Notes under the pieces: generated by a model
What the model saw: the letters and a program-made list of their open reading frames with translations, nothing else
Told to the model about the DNA's origin: nothing
The model's database searches: none
In this document: positions 35,801 through 64,000 of the stretch, piece after piece
How positions within the stretch are numbered: the stretch's first letter is position 1
Layout of the letters: each line of letters starts with the position of its first letter
Assembly (NCBI RefSeq): GCF_009834535.1
Contig: NC_045697.1
Coordinates: 49,354,001 to 49,418,000, forward strand
From: Camelus ferus
Taxonomy: Eukaryota
Direction of reading: 5' to 3'
Length of the DNA: 64,000 bases
Program-made: the position numbers and the translations under genes

Positions 35801-37231
35801 GTCTTGAAATTCCAAATCTCCCTTGAAATCTTCATTTCACACTGTCCTATAGCGTATGTATAACCTTTTAACAGTAGATGAATAAATTACATGAAATTAT
35901 ATTTAGCTAAGCTTGTGTATAACACCGATTTTTACCACTGTAGATTTGCTCATTCAATACACTTTATCATGGTTGTTTTTAAAATCCCTTATTTGTTTTT
36001 AATTTTAATCTTTTTAATATCATTCTTAAAGTGAGGGAAGTCACTTTTTTTTTTTAATGGAAGCGCATCTCTCTGAACCCAGCTGATCTCTCCCCTTGGT
36101 GATTCTCTCAATCCACCTGTGCCTTAATCGGGCAATTGCTGTTACTCAGGCTTTGCAAATGAGCTAATTAAGATCTGGGTCTTGACTTAAATTTTATAGA
36201 ACGACCAGGAAGAAATGGGAACCTTAAAATTGTAGCCCATTTTACGTAGCCCATTAAAATGGGGGAAAAGTCAAAGGTAGTGATGGCGTATTCCAGTTGG
36301 GGAGAGGGGGTACTTTTAAAAAATGAACTTTCCAAGTTTCCTCCACACTATTTTACCCACAAACGACCGTGTTAATCATTAAAGAACGTCCCAGTCTTAC
36401 TAAGTCTGGTGATTTTCCTAATACTTAATACGTTTTGTCTCCCAAGTTGGGATCCCCAAAAGGTGAGGATGCTTCAGCTTAATGATTGTGAAGGTGGAGC
36501 TTGGATTCTGATAGCCTGGCTTTGAGGCTAGCGCAGTGCTCACCAGCCCTGTGACTTCGGGCAAATTACATAACATTCCCCATCAGGAAAACAGGGATGA
36601 GTTAGTAGAACCTATCTTTTAGCTTGTTTTGATGGTTCTGTGAGACAGAGTGGGCAAAAACATCTGGCACGTAAAATTCACTACCTTTTTAGCTTTAAAA
36701 AAAAAAAAACTGAAAAGAAGAGGGAGTGTTGAACTGAAAAAGCTCTCCTTTCCCTTGTAAAATTCAGAAGAATTTAAATAAGAGCAAATGGGAGTGTGGG
36801 GGTTGGGGGAGTGGGATGGGGGTGGAGCGTCCCTTTCTACCACGGTAGGACTGGCCAGGCTTCCTCTTCGCGGCTGAAAATCATTTTCTCCAGGCCACAG
36901 TTTACACTCTCTAGACCCACGTGGGTGAATGGGGTGGGGAGTGGGAGTGAGAAGCGGTGGACGCATTTAGCATTTAGCGCCTCCTTAGGACCCAGAGCCA
37001 GGCCGGACTCGAGACTGCTGCCGGGGAGGGGTGAATGGGGGCACTGGTGGAGGAGGAAGGAAGCGCAGATGCTTGACAGGGGAGGTGCCCGGTCTCGTCA
37101 TGCCGGGTCCCGGGTGACTAGGCGGACCCAGCCGCACGCGGGCTCCGCCTACAGCCCGCCTGGCTTCGCCAGGGCTCCTCCTTCTCCTCCTCCAGCGCTT
37201 CCCCCAGGAGCCGGCAGTGGCTGCAGGAGTT

Positions 37232-56185
<18,954 letters not shown>

Positions 56186-56721
56186 AAGCAGGAGAGTGAA
56201 ATTCACCTGTACTGTGAAGGTTTGCTAAAGTTTATTTTGGCGGAGGGGAGGGGGCGATGGGGAGAAGTGGATGTGTGCTGGTATTTCTCCTAGAAGATAG
56301 TAGCATCCTTAACATTTATACGTACATATTTTCTGGCAGGCATCTGGTGTATAGCTGTCATTTGTGTCAGGTTAATGTCGCTGTTTCTTTGTATGAATTG
56401 TTTGTATGAAAGCTAGTCTGGTGCCCAGTGCCCTTGGCCCCTTATTAAAACCTGCCCTCCAGGCAAGCTATTACTTCTTTGCTTACACAGAGGGCAAATA
56501 TCTGGTGAGACTTACGTGTCTCCAAAGTAACAGGGAGGCAGGCCTGGCTCCTTTGCAGCATCAGACAGACACTGGAGAACTGAGGACACTCACAGAATTT
56601 ATTTCAGGCATCAGGGAGTCCATAGGTGAGAGGGAAGACGTGAGGATAAAAGCAGGAGTCCTTTCTGCTCTCCCTCAAATCGAACCTTCTCAGCAGCCAC
56701 CTACCAACAGTTCACCTTTTC

Positions 56722-57118
56722 TTTTTTTAACTTTAAAAAGTTTTTAAATTTTTTATTGAAGTATAGTTGACACACAGTGTTTCAGATGTACAGCAGTGAT
56801 TCAATTATACATATACATATATGTATTTTTTTACAGATTCTTTTCCATTATAGGTTATTACAAGATATTGGATATAGTTCCTTGTGCTCTGCAGTAGGTC
56901 CTTGTTGTTTATTTTATATATAGCAGTGTGTATCTGTTAATCCCAAATTCCAAATTTATCCCCCTCCCTTTCCTCTTTGGTAACCATAAGTTTGTTTTCT
57001 ATGATTGTGAGTCTATTTCTGGTTTGTAAATAAGTTCATCTGTGTCATTTTTCTAGATTCCACGTAAGTGATGGCATATATTTGTCTTTCTCTGTCTGAC
57101 TGACTTCACTTAGTATGA
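56722..57118 (-). mobile_element. L1 3' end in the NAAA 3'UTR intron
   Basis: TSD TCACCTTTTC at 56712-56721 and 57119-57128. Confidence 0.9.
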
Positions 57119-57241
57119 TCACCTTTTCCTATTACAAGGATTTCCTGGAGTTTTTAAACCTAGAACCTGTTTGGCCATTCATTTATCGTGGGAATATTAA
57201 AAATCAGTGTTTGAATTAAGTGTATTTTTTTTCTCTTACAG

Positions 57242-57365
57242 ATGATTTTTTAACTGAAATTTCTGAAGAGCTGCACTTAAAAAAAATAAAGTGAAAAGAT
57301 TATATTTTATTATGTGATCAAAACTGCCTCCTTTCTCATTAAACTTTTCAACCTTGTAAAGTGGG
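57242..57365 (+). other. NAAA: NAAA terminal non-coding (3'UTR) exon 11; 3' end approximate
   Basis: Strong acceptor tttttttttctcttacag at 57241, followed by AATAAA 57285-57290 and ATTAAA 57338-57343. Confidence 0.75.
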
Positions 57366-57635
57366 AGCAGGAGGATCACGATGGAGCTTGTTTTGGTGAA
57401 GTGGGTAATAGGCGTTTTGCATTTGCTTTCCTTCATGGCTTACCTTGAACTTCTCTTAGCTTCTTCTCTCCTGGCTTGAACAACTCCAAGATCACTGGTC
57501 CCGGGGGGCAAGCCATATCCTCGGGCTTTATTCCCAGCTTCTCGCTGTTACTGGTAGCTATGTTGTCATATCTCACCTGAGAAAGATGAGCGGGTGAGAC
57601 CTCTTTGTTCATTATGAAGTGCTTCTGGAAGAGTC

Positions 57636-58170
57636 TGCCAACCTAAACAAAATTAACAACAGTTATTATTAAGCAAGGATGAGTGTATTTGGGAATAGCA
57701 GAGGAACTGCAATGCTGGACAAGCAAACTGTGGCAAGCTGTAGGCAAGTGTGAGGAGCAAAGGGAAGGGTGGCTTTTATTAGGCTCTGGGAGGAAACTGG
57801 GGAGCGTTGTTTTGAACAAAAGGTCATCAGAGGAGAACAAGAGTTCAGGGTTGTTGCAGTTTCACATCGGTTACAAGTGATGGTCAGTTTGCTGTTACTG
57901 GGAAATGTGGAAGCCTTTCTTCCTGCTGGCTGTACAAGCTGAGGCCAGGGGTAAGAACACTCCCTTCTTGGCTTCCCTACTCCATTTTTTGTTTGTTTGT
58001 TTTTTGGCAGGGGGAGGGAGGGTAATTAGGTTTTTATTTATTTATTTTTAATGGAGGTGCTGGGGATGGAACCCAGGACATCATGCACGCTAAGTACACA
58101 CTCTACCACTGACCTACACCCTCCCCCCACAACTCCATTTAAAATCAGATTTGCTTTATCCATTTTCACA
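57636..58170 (-). mobile_element. 3' LTR of the provirus (interrupted by a SINE)
   Basis: Minus strand TGTGAAA...GTTGGCA, preceded by the purine tract GAGCAAAACAGAGAAG (58171-58186). Confidence 0.85.
57988..58128 (-). mobile_element. vic-1-like SINE, long form, inside the 3' LTR
   Basis: tRNA-like head; TSD ACTCCATTT at 57979-57987 and 58132-58140. Confidence 0.88.
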
Positions 58171-58489
58171 CTTCTCTGTTTTGCTCAAGATCTTTCTCGA
58201 AAAACATCTCTGATGCAGCATCAGGTTGTTTATTTTGGTTGAAATGTTTTTGCCTGTGTGTGTCCCTCAGGGCTGGGAAGGAGCTTTCCTGAGAGTTATG
58301 CTGAGGGGGAAAGGGCAAGTAGCATTTGGAAACCACAGGGGCCACATTTGAGCAAGGAAGGTAATAGGAGGGGGGCTCAGGCATCTCCCAATCTTAGGTT
58401 CATGTCTTCTCAAGGTTGTAAGCCTTGGAGATCATCTCAAAGCGTTGAGCTAACATCACATCATTCTGTTTGGTGCATCATTTCTGGAG

Positions 58490-60135
58490 ATATTTGACAG
58501 GCAACAGATACAAAGTTTAAAAATGATTTTGCAAAGCAAAATTAAAAGTAATATGACAAATCCAGTTTGGGTAACTGTCCTGAACTATGAATCTAGGCTT
58601 GAAGACGGCCAGCTGAACAGATTGAAGGACCATGGGCAATTGCATGAAACTTGTAACCAGTCTACTCGTTCCCTGATTTTATGTAATTGAGTTTCTTCCT
58701 CCCCAGGGGAATTTATCCATGTGCAACAAGCAGTGTTTCCTGCCAGCATATACTACCTTGTTCTGCTAGGAGTTAGCCAAGGGCAATTTGGTTATTTATT
58801 ACCACTTTAGCTAAGGAATTATGAAATTAAAGAAACCTCAGCTAAAATTGGAGCTAAGACAGGCCTGTAAAGGGAGCTCCCACCCCCCCACCCCACCAAT
58901 CATCAATTACTCCAAACAGCAAGCGGCAGACACGGACATCTCAGACAGGAAGGTGTTGCCTGCTCTACTATCCAACAGGGAGAAGAAAACTCTCTGTCTG
59001 ATGACAGCACAGCCAATCAGACTGTAGCTGCCTGACCAATGAGAAGCCTCCGTACTTTGGATTCCCACCTTCCTCCAATGAACTCTCATTATTACAATCC
59101 CTCCCAACTCCCCCTGCCACCTCTTCCCTATAAAAGCAAACTCACCTTCCTTGTTCTCTGGATTTGCCTATGATCCACCATAGTTCGCATATCCTGAATT
59201 GTAATTCCTGTGGCCATTCTCAAATAAAATTTTTTTGCTGGCAAAGTAACTGACTGTTATGTTACTAAAGTTGACAGAATCTAAGACTGTTATTGGGCAG
59301 CTGTTGCTTTAGTGGCGCAGTCAGCTGTGTTGCCTAGGATAACAGATGGATTTCTGATCTTGTGCTCCCTGGTGTGTACCCCAAGCCAGGGAAGGGGGCA
59401 AGATCTGCCCAAGGAGGCAAACCCAGAGTCATGGGCCCCATCAGGTCGTTAACATTAGGTTCTTCGATGTGGGCTTAAGGGTTGGTTTCAGATGGGTTAT
59501 GAATGGACAGTGGAACAACTGGATACCCTAATGAGTGTTGTCCTCCCACTCACCTGCTATCTAGACATCTGTGAGCCCAGGGAGGATGCCGTCCTCCACA
59601 AGCGAAGATGAAGCCAGGTGAGCATGAAGGACTCCAGCTGAAGGGTCACTGTTTATTAGTGTATTTGTGGGGATGGAACTATTGGCATTAGTCAACCAGG
59701 TGTCAGTGATGTTTGAGAGCATTCTGGGAGGATTCCTCTAAGAAAAGACCATTCTCTGATGTGATAGGGCACTCGCGCTCAAGTTGCTTTTTGGACAAAG
59801 GTGATAAAAGTAAGGGTGTGAGTGGAGTGGTTGCAGTGGGGTCATAATTTTAAGTCTATCTGGACTGGACTATCGTTGCTATAGTTGGTGGGGGTGTTCA
59901 GGAAGAAACAGGACATGGGGAGGGATGTTGACAGAAGTTGCACTCTGTAGCTAATGCTGAGGTGAAGTGGAGTGAAGTTAGCAGTGGCATCAGTGTCAAA
60001 TGAAACTTTCATCACAGTACGGACTAGAGAGCCACCGCTGTAGTGTGCAGATTGGAGTTTCTGGTGGCAAACCCAACCATAAGAGCGTTGTCTTTCTAAG
60101 AAAGGACAGGAGAAGATAAGGTGAGGAACATGGGG
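58490..60135 (-). pseudogene. ERV env remnant
   Basis: Degenerate CWVC (GWVCHQ, ~60065). LDSLAKVVINNQIALG*LLAEQGSIC..AGNTACCTWINS (ISD and CX6CC). TM segment GFVILLLILLCKIIFKLCICCL. Confidence 0.85.
58820..59276 (+). mobile_element. ERV1 solo LTR inserted in env, opposite orientation
   Basis: TATGAAA...TTGACA with 4-bp TSD GAAT (58816-58819, 59277-59280). Four CCAAT boxes, TATAAAA 59129, AATAAA 59223. Confidence 0.9.
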
Positions 60136-61206
60136 AAAATGTCACCCTGGGAAAGCTGTCTCCTTCAGCTGTCATCTATTTCAATTCCTGGAAACCTTTG
60201 CTTTTAAGTCACCAGTTGGTGTGCAGATCCAGTCAGGGTTTGGTGCTCTCTTTAGATGTGATTCATGGATCCAAGAATCTATTCCCTGGATCTTGGCAGC
60301 ACACTGGTTGGTTAGCAACAGTTGGTAAGGGCCCTTCCAGCAAGGTTGGAGAGAATCTTTTTGAAGATGTCTCTTCCAAAAGACAAAATATCTCAGTTGT
60401 AAAGGATGATGCTTAAGGCCTTTGTCTCCCGGGAGCATGCTGTGAAAAGATTGTTGTACTAAATCATAATTATGTTCAATAGAAACAATTAGGTCTTTAC
60501 AATATTGAAGTATATACCCTTTTATTAGCCCTAGATCACAAGAAGCAGGAGCTAGGTGTATTGGGCATCCTGTGACTGTCTCAAAGGGTGAGAATTTATC
60601 AGTTGCCAAAAGGGTAGATAGACCTAAGATTGAGAAGGACCAATGGCAGTGTCTTTGGCCAGGGTATCTGAAGAGTCTCTACAAATGTTGCCAGTAGAGT
60701 CTTGATGCTGCTATTCATGAGTTCAACTAGCCCTGAGGATTTTGGCTGGTAAGTACAGTGAAAGTGCTGTAAAACTGGCCAGACAGCACAGACTTGTTAA
60801 AGCACCCAAACTGGTGAAGTGAGTTCCCCAGTGACTATGAAGTTCGAGGTGGGGTTCACTGGGTGGAGATAGTCTTTTCTAATAGAATTTTAGCCACAGA
60901 AGAGGCAGTCGCCTGTCTATGAGGGGAAACTTCAGTTCAGTGAGAAAACAGACAAACCACCACCAAAACATTTATATCTGTGAGATGGGGAAGCTGTAGG
61001 AAATCCATTTGCCAACCTCAAGTGGTCTATTGGGTAATTTAAAGTGTCCTGAGCTAGTGAGGATAGGTTTCCCAGGATTGTATTTTAAGTGGGTGTGGCA
61101 AACAAAGTAGGTACTTTAAATGACTTTATTAATATTTTCCCACCAATATTGATTTATAAGGCTTATGTTTTTATCAGTAGACCAATGATCCAATGCACAT
61201 GCAGTA

Positions 61207-61416
61207 CAGTTGAACAACGTGATGAGGGTTAGGGGCACCAACCCCTCTGTGCCGTTGAAAATCTTCATATAACTTTCTAGTCGGCCCTCTGTATCTGAGG
61301 TTCTGCATCCGCCAGCCGCAGATTGTGTAGTGCTGTAGTACGTATTTATCCAGAAAAACCCTGTATGTATAAGTGGACCCCTGCAGTTCAAACCTGTGTT
61401 GTTCAAGAGTCAACTG
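61207..61416. mobile_element. Tigger2-derived MITE inserted in ERV pol
   Basis: TA-CAGTTGA... ...gttgttcaagagtcaactg-TA (TIRs and TA duplication). Confidence 0.85.
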
Positions 61417-63285
61417 TAGTCAGTAACGGGAATTTTAGAGACTGGCAGGACTGGTCATCATTTGGTGCAAACCAGAGCCCTCTCTTTTTACTGAACCAAT
61501 AGTGGTTAGCTTTTTCCAATATTGTTTTTCCTTTTCTAGGGCCAATTGTTGGGCACCTCTAGTCAATTTTTCTAGATTATCATTTAGGGGAACACCTTAT
61601 TGGAGGTTTGGTTGTTGGTTGCTGTGAGAGCAGCATTTTTAATGGCGATATCAGCAGGGTGGTCCCCTTTAGCTTCCCGGGAGTCAAGTTTGGGATGCCC
61701 AGAACTTTAATGATAGCCAGAGTGGCTAGTTGATGTATGGCGTGTAACAAGTCTTGACTCTCTGGGCCATTTTAAACTTTATCCCCATTAGATGTAAGGA
61801 AACCTCGCTGCTTCTGCAATATTCCAAACTCACGGGCTCCTCTGAAGGTGTATCCACTATCTGTATACATGTTTGTTGTTTTGCTCTTGGCTGAAATATA
61901 GACTCGAGTATGAGCATATAATTCAGTTTGTTGTGCCAACACAGCCAAAGGCAATACTGCTGCCTTGGTGACTTCAAAAGAAGTTGCAATTACACACCCA
62001 AGACAGTAGTTACCATTTTCATCTTTTAAAAAAGAACCATCAGTAAACCATGAAATATCACCATTTGATAAAGGGGTTCCTTACAAATCATAATGGGGAG
62101 TCAAGAGCCACAGTTAAACTGTCATGAGGAGTTTTGTCAGTAGAAGAAGGAAGAAGGGTGGCAAGGTTAGGGTTATTACAGCAAGCAAGAGTGATGCAGG
62201 GTGCAGTCAACAAGAGAATTTCATGGGGAGTAAGGAGTCTTGCTGAAAGGTGTTGGGTATGATAGGAATCCAGAAGGGCTTTCAACAGCATGAGGAACAA
62301 AGATGGTCAGAGAGGAATCCATGACTGTTTTTTGGTGGCCTTGACCAAAAGAGCAGAGTCAGGAATGGCTCAGAGGCAAGGGGGTATCCTTGTGCCGCAG
62401 GGTCTAGCTGGGGTACCCTTTGGGTGATGGCAGTCTCTGTGCTTTTGAATAAGCACCCTGAGGGCATTTCACTGCTTTTCATAGACTTAGAGGAAATGAG
62501 GAAGTTGGTAATTAGGGTGTCCAAGGGCAGAGGGATTCATTAAGCTTTCCTTCAGGGTTTTAAAAGCTAGATCATCCTGATCTTCCCAAATAATAGGATC
62601 AGGCTTATGTTTTTCAACAAGATATATATAGGGTCTGAGCCATAAGAGGAAAATTTGGAACTCAGTTATGACAATAGTCAACTAAGCCAAGAAAGCCGCA
62701 TAGTTGGCATTTAGTTTGGGGCATTTAGTTCAGGATGCTGTGAAGCCTGTCTAGATCTACGTGTAGTCCTTGTTCTGAAATCAGGTGTCCTAAACGGCAA
62801 GTGCGAGTTGGAACTGTAGCTTTTCCTTGGAGGTTAAAAGCTTTAACAGGGGGATGCCATCTTCCTGTGGGGAGGCCTAGGAAGGGGAGCAGAGAAGCAA
62901 GTCATCTGCATATTGTAACAGGAAACTTTACATCATCTAAATAAGCTTCTAGGGTTTGTGAGAAGTAAAAAGGGCTTTTAGCTAAACCTGGGGCATTACT
63001 GTTCAGGTGTATTGTTATCCTTCCCAACTAAAGGCAAAGAGGTATTGACAGACCTTGTCTCCGGGGAAGCTAAAGAAGGCACTACACAAATCAATCACAG
63101 TGAAAAACTTCCTTTCAGTAGAGATGGGAGCTGATAAGGCGTGACAGTATTGCAGAGACTGATACAAGGGATTGTAAACCCCTGGGCTCTATAATCCTCT
63201 GTGATTGGTCTGATTCCCTGTAAGCTCTCTTTATAGGGTATTGATTAATTCTGGGGAGAGTCTTTGAGGGTTCAATTTGGATTTT

Positions 63286-63653
63286 TTTAGCCATCGCTTT
63301 GTTTTATTTTTTAATTAAGATATAGTTAACTTACAATATTATATAAATTTTAGGTGTACAACATAGTGATTCACAATTTTTAAAGTTTATACTCCATTTA
63401 TAGTTATTATAAAATATTGGCTATATTCCCTGTGCTGTGTAGTATATCCTTGTAGTGTATTTATTTTATACATAGTAGTTTGTACCTCTTAATCCCTTAC
63501 CCCTACCTTGCCCCTCCTCCCTTCCCTCTTCTCACTGGCAACCACTATTTGTTCTCTATATCAGTGAGTCTGTTTCTTTTTTGTTATGTTCTCTAATATG
63601 TTTTATTTTTTAGATTCCACATATAAGTGATATCATACAGTATTTGTCTTTGA
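63286..63653 (-). mobile_element. L1 3' end inserted in ERV pol
   Basis: TSD TCAATTTGGATTTT (63272) / TCAATCTGGATTTT (63654); same family as 52362-52935. Confidence 0.9.
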
Positions 63654-64000
63654 TCAATCTGGATTTTGACAGGAGGAGCACTGTGGGTTCTGTCAATATC
63701 TGATGAGTTCATCCATAGAGATGATGGCATTTGGCCCAAGAGGGGTGAATAGTTAGAATCTTTGACATCTGCTTTTGTGTTGTCAGAGACAGAGCAAATA
63801 AATGATATCAAAGAGGATTCATTTGACCCGTTGGACTGGCTATTTTGGCTATCATTGTCAAATTCTAAAATTATTTCCTTTTTCCAGGAGAAAGGCATTT
63901 CTGCATGATATTTGTCAAAAAATCTCAGCCTAATGGGATAGGGGTAGAAGTTAAAAACCAGGCACGTCATGTAAAACTTACATTAAATAAATTCGTGGGC

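Larger units (their letters stand above)
60181..63970 (-). pseudogene. ERV pro/pol remnant (RT, RNase H, integrase)
   Basis: ORF 60181..60609 is the integrase C-terminus (LQPCWKGPYQLLLTNQCAAKIQGIDSWIHESHLK); ORF 61772..61954 is RNase H; ORF 63593..63970 is the protease/RT junction. Confidence 0.9.
57636..64000 (-). mobile_element. Decayed class I (gamma-like, ERV1/MER34-like) provirus: pro-pol, env and 3' LTR; continues beyond the window
   Basis: RT motifs FFTVIDLCSAFF, QYT*TVMPQ and LQYADDLL (YADD 62901-62912). RNase H WFTDGS and YTDSGY. Integrase WQMDF, PKSSGLVE, WKGPY. Env ISD and TM, PPT and LTR in correct order. Many stops and frameshifts. Confidence 0.93.

Noticed and set aside
37217..37231. 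5-aa N-terminal extension of NAAA in the ORF track
   Set aside because: It starts at GTG; the ATG at 37232 matches the known MR.. start
58490..60135. Domesticated syncytin/HEMO-like env gene
   Set aside because: In-frame stops, frameshifts, SU deletions and an LTR insertion in the ISD; no long ORF

Overview
Mammalian genomic DNA, almost certainly from a camelid (camel, llama or alpaca), judged from five tRNA-Ala-derived vic-1-type SINEs and artiodactyl-type L1 3' ends. Two complete, intact + strand genes were reconstructed exon by exon with matching phases and GT-AG introns. SDAD1 has 22 coding exons (3459..26888, 688 aa) and encodes a 60S ribosome biogenesis/export factor. NAAA has 10 coding exons plus a 3'UTR exon (37232..56185, 356 aa) and encodes the lysosomal Ntn-hydrolase, with its catalytic Cys intact. 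Introns and the intergenic region hold L1, L2, MIR, MaLR/ERVL LTRs and hAT/Tigger fossils, several nested and with readable TSDs. From 57636 to the window end lies a decayed minus-strand class I (ERV1, MER34-like) provirus with 3' LTR, PPT, env and pol. A SINE, a related solo LTR, a Tigger and an L1 are inserted into it. I see no new multi-gene system. The best leads are a candidate poison exon in SDAD1 intron 11, acid-ceramidase-like substitutions next to the NAAA active site, and a promoter-intact solo LTR that splits the env immunosuppressive domain. Comparisons with human proteins and repeat consensus sequences are from memory, not from searches, so repeat family names and boundaries are approximate.
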